From Spirochaetia bacterium (GTDB lineage: Bacteria > Spirochaetota > Spirochaetia > CADAEX01): DNA of 64,000 nucleotides. The notes beneath the pieces are model-generated. The model was not told where the DNA came from. It worked only from the letters and a program-made list of their open reading frames with translations, and made no database searches. Positions within the stretch are counted from its first letter, which is position 1; each line of letters begins with the position of its first letter. Of the stretch, positions 20,643 to 30,478 are shown one piece after another. Location of the stretch: positions 224,001-288,000 of the forward strand of contig CAXXHA010000001.1 in NCBI GenBank assembly GCA_963662265.2, written 5' to 3'. The position numbers and the translations under genes were made by a program.

Positions 20643-21353
20643 ATGAAACAAATGACAGGGAAATATTCCAAAGGCAAAGAAACATACAGCAGAATATTTA
20701 CAGCAGCAAAGAAATATTTTTATACACAGGGTTATAAGGAAACTACATTCAGACAACTTTCTGCAGAAACAGGAATTCATCTCGGTCAGTTTACATACTA
20801 TTTTAAAACAAAAGATGATCTTGCAGGTTTAATTTACAGCGAGATCAGGCAGAATACATATAATATTTTCAAGGATAAATATGGAGAATATATTGATCCC
20901 AAAAAAAGTATTGTTTTGAATTTAGCTTTTGATATGCTTCTTCTGACCAACAATAAAAAATACGGCAGTTTTTTTTATGAATTTTCAAAAGGCAATATCT
21001 ATAAAAAATATCACAGTAACCTGATTGAAGACTCATTAAGGTTTTATCCATCGCCAGACAAAACCCTTTATGAAGAACCCAAGCACAAGCTCCATTTGAA
21101 CATGGTAGCAATTCCCGGGATCAAACCTTCCCTGGTTCATGAAACACTTGATAATAAATATGAAATTCCGGAAATTGAAATTTGTAAATACTATGTTGAT
21201 CTGTTTCTCGGTTTGCTTGGAGAAAAAGAAAGTACTATTAAATCTCTTTTTGATTTTGCATACAGGGAATATTCAAATTTAAATTTATCTATCGGGAAAT
21301 CATTCAAACTCAACTTTGATAAGGAATATGCAAAAAGCTACAGAGAAGAATAA
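20643..21353 (+). CDS. TetR/AcrR-family regulator
   Basis: IFTAAKKYFYTQGYKETTFRQLSAETGIHLGQFTYYFKTKDDL; promoter TTGAAA-17-TACTAT just upstream. Confidence 0.92.
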   Translation: MKQMTGKYSKGKETYSRIFTAAKKYFYTQGYKETTFRQLSAETGIHLGQFTYYFKTKDDLAGLIYSEIRQNTYNIFKDKYGEYIDPKKSIVLNLAFDMLLLTNNKKYGSFFYEFSKGNIYKKYHSNLIEDSLRFYPSPDKTLYEEPKHKLHLNMVAIPGIKPSLVHETLDNKYEIPEIEICKYYVDLFLGLLGEKESTIKSLFDFAYREYSNLNLSIGKSFKLNFDKEYAKSYREE

Positions 21354-21371
21354 TTTTTTTCTCTGTAGCTT
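21335..21371. terminator. Probable bidirectional terminator between tetR and the aminotransferase gene
   Basis: AAGCTACAGAGAA...TTCTCTGTAGCTT with A/T tracts on both sides, between convergent genes. Confidence 0.7.
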
Positions 21372-21402
21372 ATGTTTTTTTAAAATGATTGAGGAAGTTA
21401 TT

Positions 21403-22485
21403 TTATCTGGAACAAACAGTTTTCAAAGCATTTATCAGGCGTCTGTTTTCTTCTTCAGTTCCTATAGTTACACGCAGGAAAGTCTCTTTCTGGGGTCTTA
21501 TAATAACACCAAGTTTCTGAAGGTCAGTAAAAACTTTCTGTGGATCCCTCTTCACATCTACAAAAATAAAATTAGATTCTGATTCAGGATAATAAAACCC
21601 CATTTCGTCAAATGCATCACAAAGCATTTTTTTTCCTTTCCTGTTTTCGTTATAGCACATATCAAGAAAATCAGTATCATCAAGCGCAGCAAGAGCTGCT
21701 GCCTGAGCCTGCCTTGAAACACTGAACGGATTACGAACCTTGGAAAGTTCTTTGATTATTTTTTCATGAGCAAAAATGTATCCGACTCTCAGAGAACACA
21801 ATCCGTATATTTTGGAAAAAGTTCTCATAACAACCAGGTTTTCATATTTCTCAATAAGTTTATGACTGTCCCTGAGGTGATCATCTGAAGTCACATATTC
21901 TGTATAAGCTTCATCATATGCAATAATCACATTGTCAGGTACCTTATCAAAAAACTCCAGCAGCTCTTTTTCTTTCAGATGCGTTCCTGTGGGGTTATTC
22001 GGATTACATATCCAGACAATTTTTGTTTTTTCATTTATAGCATCAGCCATTGCATCAAGATCATGTACCCAGTTTTTCATGGGAACAAAAACAGGTTTAC
22101 CACCTATTATCTTAGTCCTTGCAGCATATGGAGTAAATGTAGTATCTGCAAGTATTACTTCCTCGCCGTAATCAACAAATGCTGTGGGAAGCAAAAGAAG
22201 TATTTCACTTAAACCGCTGGCAACCATGATATTTGCCGCATTCATGTCATACACTGATGCAAGTTTTTCGCGCAATGCGGTTATTCCCGGATCAGGATAA
22301 ATCTGGATTTCATCCATCATGTTTTTTACAGCCTGCTTTGCCTTGGGAGAAGAACCGAATGCATTTTCATTTGACGCAAGTTTTATAACGTCAGTTATGC
22401 CATACTCTCTCATTACTGCTTCAACAGGTTTTCCAGGTACATAGCCCTGTACTGATTCCATCACTTTTCTAGGTTTCACATTCAT
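21403..22485 (-). CDS. HisC-family PLP aminotransferase (context suggests a catabolic amino-acid transaminase)
   Basis: KLASNEN, YPD, CNPNNPTG, DEAY, RTFSKIYGLCSLRVGY. Confidence 0.9.
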   Translation of the reverse strand: MNVKPRKVMESVQGYVPGKPVEAVMREYGITDVIKLASNENAFGSSPKAKQAVKNMMDEIQIYPDPGITALREKLASVYDMNAANIMVASGLSEILLLLPTAFVDYGEEVILADTTFTPYAARTKIIGGKPVFVPMKNWVHDLDAMADAINEKTKIVWICNPNNPTGTHLKEKELLEFFDKVPDNVIIAYDEAYTEYVTSDDHLRDSHKLIEKYENLVVMRTFSKIYGLCSLRVGYIFAHEKIIKELSKVRNPFSVSRQAQAAALAALDDTDFLDMCYNENRKGKKMLCDAFDEMGFYYPESESNFIFVDVKRDPQKVFTDLQKLGVIIRPQKETFLRVTIGTEEENRRLINALKTVCSR

Positions 22486-22646
22486 TGTATTCTCCGTATG
22501 TATTATTAAAAACAGCTCTGTAAAACAGAGCCGTTAATTTATGGGCACCTCTAATTTTTCCTTAGAGGTATGCCCACAAGGCACCTGTCCCCGAAGGGGG
22601 GAATCTATAAGAAAAACCATGTTTCCAGTGATTCCCTTACAAGCTT

Positions 22647-24050
22647 TTATTCATTTACCTTTGAAACAGCTGATTCTTCGACTTTGTTTTTATTATTAAA
22701 ATAAGTACTGACAGCAAAGAAAGCTATCATGCTGCCTGCCATCGGGAAAAGCATTCTTTCCGGCCATGCATATAAACCAGTCATATCAACAAGAGCCATA
22801 ATAGCGCCTATTATAACAGCACCGATTGCTCCCTGCTTATTTCCGCCTTTCCATATTATTCCTCCGATAATCGGTGTAAAAATACAACCGGCCTGAAGCG
22901 GTGAAATCCAGAACATCACTCCGATAATACCGGAGATTTTCAAGGCAATAACAACTCCGAAAACAGCGCCGAGAACAGTTGCAACTTTTGAAATTGTCAG
23001 AGTATATTTCAGATCATCAAATTCCTTTTCAGGATGGAAAACTTTATGATAAAGATCATGCGCAAACATACCGCCAAGAGATGTCATCAGGGAATCTGAT
23101 GTAGACATAATTGCAGACAGCACTGCTGCAAGAAATATATACCCGGCCCATTTGGGAAGTGTAACATTTATTATTTTTGCAACAACTTCTTTTCCCGGAA
23201 CTCCCGGAAAAAGAGATGCTCCGATTCCCGACATAAGCCCGACAAGAATAGACAGACCAATCAGAATACAGCCGGCGACGATACAGCTTTTAACAGCATC
23301 ACCTGAACTTTTGGTTGACTGCCATTTCATGAAATATTCATAAGCGAAAATTGATCCCACTACAGAAGGTACTACTGCATAAAGAAAATCATGAACTGAT
23401 TCCGGCTGGGGGAAAAACGGCTGGCTTAAAAGAGCTGAAGCTGTAACACCGCTTTCCATACCTGTAATTTTTAATCCGAGAAAAACAATGATAGGAATAA
23501 ATATCATGCATACAACAAGCTGTATAAAGTCATTCAACATGACTCCCCACATGCCCGCCATATAGGTGTAAACAATAACTACGACAGCTCCAAGAATAAC
23601 AGCAACATTATAAGATATCCCAACAACTGTTGCCAGAGCAGCAAAAGCCATAAACTGAATAGCTATAATAGCAATTGTTCCTGTAATATACACAATAGCA
23701 TGATAAGCTCTCAGGAATTTCGAATATCCGTATCGGTATTCGATGTAATCCGGGGGAGTAATTCCATTTGTGATACTTCTGAATTTGCCGGCAACAAATG
23801 CAGAAATAAAACAAGCGATACCCAGACCGATACCGGCATACATACCGGGCCAGACACCTTTTTCAACACCCCATTCAATACCACCTACAAAGCAGCCCCC
23901 TCCGAAGTGTGTAGCAGCAATGGTAAATGCTACAATAATAAGAGGCATACTTCTTCCTGCAACAAAAAAATCAGTTGCAGTTTTAACTTTTTTAGAAACC
24001 ATATAACCAATTGTTATATAGACTGCACAAAAAACCAACAAAACAATCAT
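22647..24050 (-). CDS. Sodium:solute symporter (SSS family)
   Basis: DFFVAGRSM, YTYMAGMWGV..ND, AAVLSAIMSTSDS; about 13 TM segments. Confidence 0.92.
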   Translation of the reverse strand: MIVLLVFCAVYITIGYMVSKKVKTATDFFVAGRSMPLIIVAFTIAATHFGGGCFVGGIEWGVEKGVWPGMYAGIGLGIACFISAFVAGKFRSITNGITPPDYIEYRYGYSKFLRAYHAIVYITGTIAIIAIQFMAFAALATVVGISYNVAVILGAVVVIVYTYMAGMWGVMLNDFIQLVVCMIFIPIIVFLGLKITGMESGVTASALLSQPFFPQPESVHDFLYAVVPSVVGSIFAYEYFMKWQSTKSSGDAVKSCIVAGCILIGLSILVGLMSGIGASLFPGVPGKEVVAKIINVTLPKWAGYIFLAAVLSAIMSTSDSLMTSLGGMFAHDLYHKVFHPEKEFDDLKYTLTISKVATVLGAVFGVVIALKISGIIGVMFWISPLQAGCIFTPIIGGIIWKGGNKQGAIGAVIIGAIMALVDMTGLYAWPERMLFPMAGSMIAFFAVSTYFNNKNKVEESAVSKVNE

Positions 24051-24130
24051 TAATATTCCTCCTAAAAATATTACTAATTAAATCTCAAAAAATTAAATAA
24101 AATCCTCCTTTTAAAAAGTATTCAGCTCAG

Positions 24131-26230
24131 TTACCTGTTTTCTATCACTAACGCGTCTACGATACGGACACCCTTACCTTTCCCGTAAACAAAAACAGGA
24201 TTCAGATCAATTTCCCTGACCAGATCCTTGTTTTCAGAAGCGAAAGAAGCAAGGTCCACAATAAGGTCACACAACGCATCAACATCATGCTCACTTCCTC
24301 CTCTGTAACCTGAAAGAAGCTTGAATGCTTTTAATTCACTGATCATACTGAGTGCTTCTTTTTTACTGACAGGTGCAGGATAAAGAGAAATATCTTTGAA
24401 GACTTCAACAAATACACCCCCCATACCTACAAGAACAACCGGTCCGAAAGTCTGGTCATTTTTAATACCGACAATCATTTCAGTTCCCGGCTCAAGCATT
24501 TCCTGAACAAGCACTCCATTCAGGACAGCTGACGGATTATATTCTCTGCAGCTGGAAATAATCTGATCAAAGGCTTCTTCTCCCTCATCAGAATTCATGA
24601 TATTAAGCCTGACGCCTCCGGCATCTGTCTTATGAAGAATATCTGCTGAATTGATTTTCATGACATATGGCGCTTTCAGCCGGGACATTGCTTCTCTGGC
24701 TTCTTCTCTGGAATTAACAACAATATACTCAGGCACAGTTACACCATGCTTTGAAATCAGATTTTTACTGTCAGCTTCTGAAAGGGGTTTTGAACCTGAT
24801 GCGTTTTTTTCGGGAACAGCAATTTCAAGCGTTCTGCTTTCATGGTCATATTCAGAATATTCCGCAAGATAACTTATGCATGAATATCCGGACTGGCCGC
24901 CCGAAACAAGAGGTATACCTGCATTTTCAAGCTTCAGGCGGAGTTCTTTGTTTCTTGAAGCTTCATATGACGGTACGGCAAATATAGGGAACATGTCTTT
25001 TTCCCCGGCAGCATCTATTAATGCATCTGTAAAGTCATGCATTCTCGGGCTTGCGTTCCCTTCAATATTTGTACCAAGCACAACTGCAGAAATGTTTTCA
25101 TCCCTGCGGGCAGCCTTAATAATTCCAGCTATCGCTTCCTTGTTTCTGAACAAGTCTGTTGTTGCATCAAGAGGATTCTGGGCAGTAGCAAATCCCGGCA
25201 GATATTTTTCCATTTCAGATACTGTTTCATTCCTGAAATCAGGAAGATCAATACCGTAATACTCACAAAGATCTGCACAGATTGCATTTTCCCCTCCTGA
25301 AAGGTTTATACCGCAGAAAGAATTGCTCTTCGGATAATTGCCTTTCAGTACACTGAACATCTGGGCTGTAGTCATGAATTCCTCAAGATCCCTTACACGG
25401 ATAACTCCGTACTTTTTAAACACTGCTTCAAAGGATGAATCTGAACCTGCAAGATTACCTGTATGGGAAGCTGTTGCAGCAGCACCTTTAGCAGACTTGC
25501 CTGTTTTCAGGACTATGACAGGCTTTCTCTTCCTTGCTGCTGTTTTCAGGGAATCGGCAAATTTCCTGCCGTCTTTTACACCTTCAATATATAGAGCGAT
25601 TACTTTCGTATTATCATCATTCACAAGAAAATCAAGATACTCTTCAAACTTGACAATATTGCCGTTTCCTGAAGATATGCAGTAGGAAACATTCATGTAG
25701 TCTCTCATCATGATATGCTGAGCAATAAATCCGCTCTGTGCCACAATTCCGATTCCTGTCGGCCTTGTGTTCATGTCAATGTTTAAAGTGAGACCCCATA
25801 AGTTTATTTTATCAACATTATTCAATATTCCGGCACAGTTAGGTCCCAGAAGAGCAATGCCGTATTCTTCACAAATTTCAGACATTACCTTTTCAAGAGC
25901 CAGACCTTCATCTGAATGTTCTTCTGCAAAACCGCTTGCATATACTATTGCAGCCTTTACACCTTTTTCTCCGGCCTGCTTCAAAATAGGAACAACAGCA
26001 GGTTTCGGAGTACATATAATAACACAGTCAATTGTGTCTTCGATTTCATCAATTGACTTGAAGCATTTCCGTCCGTTTAAAGTATCACGGGCAGGATGAA
26101 CATAATAAACCCTGTCAGCCACAGAACTTGCAGCAGTACCAACTGCTGCAGCGCATCCGAAACTTCCGGGCCTGTCAGTAACACCTACTACAGCCACGCT
26201 TTCCGGTTTTATAAGCTTTTTTATATTCAT
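24131..26230 (-). CDS. ADP-forming acyl-CoA synthetase (acetate-CoA ligase family, fused alpha-beta)
   Basis: PESVAVVG, GPNC.G, QSG, SSGN, SHTG phospho-His, NPLD, HKTDAGGV, IDLNPV. Confidence 0.93.
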   Translation of the reverse strand: MNIKKLIKPESVAVVGVTDRPGSFGCAAAVGTAASSVADRVYYVHPARDTLNGRKCFKSIDEIEDTIDCVIICTPKPAVVPILKQAGEKGVKAAIVYASGFAEEHSDEGLALEKVMSEICEEYGIALLGPNCAGILNNVDKINLWGLTLNIDMNTRPTGIGIVAQSGFIAQHIMMRDYMNVSYCISSGNGNIVKFEEYLDFLVNDDNTKVIALYIEGVKDGRKFADSLKTAARKRKPVIVLKTGKSAKGAAATASHTGNLAGSDSSFEAVFKKYGVIRVRDLEEFMTTAQMFSVLKGNYPKSNSFCGINLSGGENAICADLCEYYGIDLPDFRNETVSEMEKYLPGFATAQNPLDATTDLFRNKEAIAGIIKAARRDENISAVVLGTNIEGNASPRMHDFTDALIDAAGEKDMFPIFAVPSYEASRNKELRLKLENAGIPLVSGGQSGYSCISYLAEYSEYDHESRTLEIAVPEKNASGSKPLSEADSKNLISKHGVTVPEYIVVNSREEAREAMSRLKAPYVMKINSADILHKTDAGGVRLNIMNSDEGEEAFDQIISSCREYNPSAVLNGVLVQEMLEPGTEMIVGIKNDQTFGPVVLVGMGGVFVEVFKDISLYPAPVSKKEALSMISELKAFKLLSGYRGGSEHDVDALCDLIVDLASFASENKDLVREIDLNPVFVYGKGKGVRIVDALVIENR

Positions 26231-26775
26231 TTTTCTTCCCTCTGGATGTCATACCCTGACTCAAATGCAGCAGTATTCAGTTCGTTGAATTTTTCCTTGC
26301 CCTTATCCTTAAAAAATCTGTTCATGGATAAAAGAGCCTGTTCTCTGGTAAAAAGCTCACAATTCCTGATAAGCGCTCCTATAGCAACAAGGTTTGCACC
26401 TTTTGGATTATTAACCTTCCCTGCAAGGGTAATACACGGGACTTTAACAATATTCACATTGTCAGGGTACTGCTGCTGATCTGCGACAATATCACTGTTG
26501 ACAATTATATAACCACCCTCTTTGACAAGAGCTCCATACGCATCGACAGAAGGACTGTTCATTGCAACAAGAATATCTATTTCTTCCATATTGGGACTGC
26601 CGATTATTGAATCGCTGAATTTAACAACACTGTGCGCTGTTCCGCCCCTCATTGTAGGCCCGTATGCAGGCATCCATGTCACTTCTTTATCTGAATCGAC
26701 TGCCATCTGGGAAACAACCAGACCTGCTGTTAAAACCCCCTGTCCGCCAAAACCTGAAAAAACCAGTTCTTTCAT
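26227..26775 (-). CDS. 2-oxoacid:ferredoxin oxidoreductase gamma subunit
   Basis: SGFGGQGVL, PAYGPTMRGG; ATG 26775. Confidence 0.93.
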   Translation of the reverse strand: MKELVFSGFGGQGVLTAGLVVSQMAVDSDKEVTWMPAYGPTMRGGTAHSVVKFSDSIIGSPNMEEIDILVAMNSPSVDAYGALVKEGGYIIVNSDIVADQQQYPDNVNIVKVPCITLAGKVNNPKGANLVAIGALIRNCELFTREQALLSMNRFFKDKGKEKFNELNTAAFESGYDIQREEK

Positions 26776-26776
26776 T

Positions 26777-27520
26777 TTATTCCCCCTTCCTGGATTTAAA
26801 CTCGCCTGTCGGATAATGAGGCAGCATATTTTTCTCAACCCAGTCCAATGACTCAATTGGGGGAATTCCCCAGTTTGTAGGGCATGGCGCGAGGAATTCA
26901 ACTATAGAATACCCTTCTCCGTTCAACTGTGCTTCCAGAGCATTCTTGATATATTTTCTTGTCTTATTGATTTCCTTTGCATTATGAACCGCTCCCCTTG
27001 CTGCATATGCAACATTGAACTGGGAGGAAATAATCTCAACAAGTTTTATAGGATCTCCGGTCACCGAACAATCACGCCCTTTAACTGATGTCTTGGTCTT
27101 CATACCCGGCAGTGTTGTCCAGGACATCTGCCCGCCTGTCATGCCGAATAATGCATTATTAATCACAAATGCAGTAATCTTTTCATTTCTGTAGGCAGCA
27201 TTCAGAGTTTCAGCTATACCTATAACAGCTGCATCGCCGTCACCCTGGTATGTCATTACAACAGATTCAGGAGATACTCTTTTCATTCCTGTAGCCATAG
27301 CTGCAGGTCTTCCATGGGCGCACTGCATCTTATCCCCTTTAAAGAAATGATGAAGATTGCAGCTGCATCCAACACCAAGGCTGAACATGAAATTGTCCAG
27401 TTGCCCGAGCTCTTCCAGAACTTCAGCAATAAGCCGTGTTACTATTCCGTGTCCACAGCCGGTGCAGAACGGATGATGTGTTTCCCCCCAGATTGCAGGA
27501 GCTTTTTTTACCTTAGCCAT
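26777..27520 (-). CDS. 2-oxoacid:ferredoxin oxidoreductase beta (TPP-binding) subunit
   Basis: FCTGCGHG, GVGC, HGR, QGDGD, NNALFGMTGGQ, CPTNW; ATG 27520 with SD GGAGG. Confidence 0.93.
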   Translation of the reverse strand: MAKVKKAPAIWGETHHPFCTGCGHGIVTRLIAEVLEELGQLDNFMFSLGVGCSCNLHHFFKGDKMQCAHGRPAAMATGMKRVSPESVVMTYQGDGDAAVIGIAETLNAAYRNEKITAFVINNALFGMTGGQMSWTTLPGMKTKTSVKGRDCSVTGDPIKLVEIISSQFNVAYAARGAVHNAKEINKTRKYIKNALEAQLNGEGYSIVEFLAPCPTNWGIPPIESLDWVEKNMLPHYPTGEFKSRKGE

Positions 27521-27521
27521 A

Positions 27522-28583
27522 TTAGAAGACCTCCTTGATATTTCCATCTTTCGCAGCATAATATTTTTCAACAACTTTTTTCACAGAAGGCAATGTTCTC
27601 CCTGCCGCATAACTGTAAACAGGCATTGATTTCTCCTTAAAAACAGCTTTGGCAGTCAAAGCCACATCTTCAACCATCTGCCCCAGGTCATTTGATTCAA
27701 CAGATATCAGACCCTTTACACCGGGACCAAGCTGTTCAAAAGCCTTTACAGGAAAAGGCCACAGTGTAACAGGCCTTATTAAACCTGCTTTCTCCCCTTT
27801 TTCCCGCAGTTTTCCAACTGCATCTCTACAGACCCTGCTCGGCAGCCCGAAAGAAACAAAAATATATTCAGCATCTTCTGTCATATAGCTTTCCCACCGC
27901 TGCTCATTCTTCTGCATTATTTCTCTTTTTTTTCTGACAGTTTCAGTCATCTCCATCTGTGAACCGAAACCATGATCTCTTGTTCCTGTTCCGTCAAATC
28001 TCCAGTCAGGAAGCTTTTCCGCTTTTTTATAATCAGGCATTATGCATGGTTCCATCATCTGCCCGAGGGCTGCTTCTGATAATATTAAAACAGCATTTCT
28101 GTATTTTTCAGCTATATCAAAAGATTCATACATCAGATCCACAAGCTCCTGAACTGATGAAGGAGCAAGAACTATGGTATTATAATCTCCATTTCCCCCG
28201 CCGCGGGTTTCTCTCCAGTAATCGCACTGTGATGTATCAAGCGATCCCAGTCCTGTCCCCCATCTCTGGACATTAAGCATTACATAGGGAAGACTGTATC
28301 TTGCAGCATATGAAATCCCCTCCTGCTTGAGCGCCATTCCGGGACCTGATGAAGAAGTCATAGCCCTTCGACCGCAGACTGCAGCACCAATAACCATGTT
28401 TATTGCTGATATTTCATTTTCAGCCTGAACAAATGATCTTCCCTCCTGCGGCATTCTGTATGAAAAATGCTCAAGAACTTCAGTTTGCGGGGTAATCGGA
28501 TATCCTCCATAAAAATCAAGCCCGGCCCTTACTGCTGCTTCCGCAACAGCAATATTTCCTTTCATCATTTTTTTTGTACTCAT
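27522..28583 (-). CDS. 2-oxoacid:ferredoxin oxidoreductase alpha subunit (VorB-like)
   Basis: MKGN.AVAEAA, GYPITPQTE, QAENE, TSSSGPG; ATG 28583. Confidence 0.93.
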   Translation of the reverse strand: MSTKKMMKGNIAVAEAAVRAGLDFYGGYPITPQTEVLEHFSYRMPQEGRSFVQAENEISAINMVIGAAVCGRRAMTSSSGPGMALKQEGISYAARYSLPYVMLNVQRWGTGLGSLDTSQCDYWRETRGGGNGDYNTIVLAPSSVQELVDLMYESFDIAEKYRNAVLILSEAALGQMMEPCIMPDYKKAEKLPDWRFDGTGTRDHGFGSQMEMTETVRKKREIMQKNEQRWESYMTEDAEYIFVSFGLPSRVCRDAVGKLREKGEKAGLIRPVTLWPFPVKAFEQLGPGVKGLISVESNDLGQMVEDVALTAKAVFKEKSMPVYSYAAGRTLPSVKKVVEKYYAAKDGNIKEVF

Positions 28584-28596
28584 TAAAGCCTCTCCT

Positions 28597-28797
28597 CTAC
28601 TCATCAATACTGAAAACACCGTCAGGGCAAACAGTGTAGCAAATACCGCATAGTATGCAGGGTTCCTTATTTACCTGAATATAATTATATCCGCTCTTAT
28701 TAAAATCACTTGTCATTGATATTGCTTTTTTTGGACATGAAACAATACAAAAACTGCACCCTTTGCATCTTTCTTTATCTACAAAAAGATTTCCCAT
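28597..28797 (-). CDS. 2-oxoacid:ferredoxin oxidoreductase delta subunit (2x[4Fe-4S])
   Basis: CKGCSFCIVSCP and CILCGICYTVCP; SD AGGAGG. Confidence 0.92.
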   Translation of the reverse strand: MGNLFVDKERCKGCSFCIVSCPKKAISMTSDFNKSGYNYIQVNKEPCILCGICYTVCPDGVFSIDE

Positions 28798-28886
28798 TTT
28801 CCTAACAACCTCCTAGCTGATCACATACCTTAAAGGTAAAATATATAAATACACGCATTATTTCATATTATCCTGCAACCGACTAA

Positions 28887-28997
28887 ATTATATACATGTA
28901 CTATTTTAATTGTCAACATTTTTTTATACACGTACTATTTTTAATATTATTTGACACAGAATCATAATCATGCTATCTTACTTTAGTACACGTACTA
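28887..28997. promoter_or_regulatory. Divergent sigma70 promoters with three copies of a candidate operator
   Basis: Minus TTGACA(28916)-18-TATAAT; plus TTGACA(28951)-17-TATCTT; TACAYGTACTAT in three copies near 28891, 28925 and 28984, the last a palindrome TAGTAC-AC-GTACTA. Confidence 0.75.
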
Positions 28998-29044
28998 TAT
29001 TCATATTTCCATGCACCATATTTAAGAAAAGGGAGTTTTACTTA

Positions 29045-30340
29045 ATGACATATCAAGTTGAAAAAAGCCTGAAAAAAGCACTCAGCTACAGATGGATCAT
29101 ATATATCCTTCCGGCGAGTGTCTTTTTCTTTGCTTTTCTGCATAAACTTGCTCCAAGTGTAATAAGGAACGAGTTGATGGAATCCTTCGGTCTGACATCA
29201 ACAGGATTTGCAAACTTAAGTGCAATGTTTTTCTATGCATATATGCTTATGCAGATACCGGCGGGAATTCTTGCTGATACACTTGGAGCAAAAAAGACTA
29301 TTATTGCAAGCTGCATTGTTACTGCTGCCGGGTTAATTCTTCTGGGATCAGCAACAACAATTCCGGTTGCAATGATATCAAGGCTTATAATGGGTCTCGG
29401 GACATCTGTGGTTTTTATATCTGTTCTCAAAATACAGACGCAGTGGTTCAGGGAAGATGAATTCGGCACAATGACAGGTATCAGCGCCTCTATCGGGAAT
29501 TTCGGAGGGGCAGTATCCCAGGCGCCCCTTGCGGCAGTTGTTGCTTTATTAACATGGAGGGCAACATTTATATGGATGGGTATTATTACACTTGCACTTG
29601 CAGTACTGGTATTTATCTTTGTGGAAAATAAGCCTGAAGATAAAGGTTTTCCGGCAATATCAAATTCTGCTTCCCGGAAAAAAGCAGCATCTTTCAGTGA
29701 TATTCTAAACGCTTTAATGAATATTATAAAAAATTTTCACAGCTGGCCGATGTTTTTTATAACAATATGCCTTGGAGGCAGCGGTTTTACACTGAACCTG
29801 TGGGGCGTAAGCTATATTATGGATGTTTACAACTACACAAGTATACAGGCTGGTAAAATTACGCTTCTGCTCGCCATAGGTACCGGTACTGGAGCAATCC
29901 TTTTCGGATTTATTTCAGACAAAATCAAAAGCAGAAAAATACCGTATTTAATATGCGGATCACTGGTGCTTCTTTTATGGGTGGTTCTCCTTGTATTTTA
30001 TAAAGCAAAACCCCCAATAGCCTTTCTTACAGCATGGTTTTTCTTTATAGGTTTTTTCAATGCAACAGCAACACTTGCATGGTCAACTGGAAAAGAGGTA
30101 AATGATCCGAAATATTCAGGTATGGCGACATCTTTTATCAGTTTCGGAACATTCCTGGGGGCAGCTGTTATTCCTGTAGTTGCAGGTATGGTGATTGACA
30201 AATATTCAATGCTGGAAAATGCTGTGGATATTTACAGAAAAGCTTTTTCCATGAATATCACGCTCAGTTTAATCGCATTTATCCTGATTCTTTTTGTAAA
30301 AGAAACAAACTGCAGAAATATTTATAAAACATCCGAATAA
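29045..30340 (+). CDS. MFS transporter
   Basis: 12 TM; QIPAGILADTLGAKK motif A and GFISDKIKSRK; ATG 29045 with SD GGGAG. Confidence 0.92.
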   Translation: MTYQVEKSLKKALSYRWIIYILPASVFFFAFLHKLAPSVIRNELMESFGLTSTGFANLSAMFFYAYMLMQIPAGILADTLGAKKTIIASCIVTAAGLILLGSATTIPVAMISRLIMGLGTSVVFISVLKIQTQWFREDEFGTMTGISASIGNFGGAVSQAPLAAVVALLTWRATFIWMGIITLALAVLVFIFVENKPEDKGFPAISNSASRKKAASFSDILNALMNIIKNFHSWPMFFITICLGGSGFTLNLWGVSYIMDVYNYTSIQAGKITLLLAIGTGTGAILFGFISDKIKSRKIPYLICGSLVLLLWVVLLVFYKAKPPIAFLTAWFFFIGFFNATATLAWSTGKEVNDPKYSGMATSFISFGTFLGAAVIPVVAGMVIDKYSMLENAVDIYRKAFSMNITLSLIAFILILFVKETNCRNIYKTSE

Positions 30341-30420
30341 CTCAGGCAGTGTAGAACACTCATGATATTCATAAACAGGACAAAATAACTGCCTTGATAA
30401 TTTTGTTGTCATATATAGAA

Positions 30421-30444
30421 AAGGGACTCCCTGTGGAGTCCCTT
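30421..30444 (-). terminator. Terminator of the hydrogenase operon
   Basis: AAGGGACTCC-CTGT-GGAGTCCCTT with T-tract on the minus strand. Confidence 0.75.
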
Positions 30445-30478
30445 AAACTTTTTAACATATATCCTTAATCTAGAAAAT

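Noticed and set aside
21403-22485. Assigning the symbol hisC
   Set aside because: Family is clear, but the catabolic context and absence of other his genes make the function uncertain
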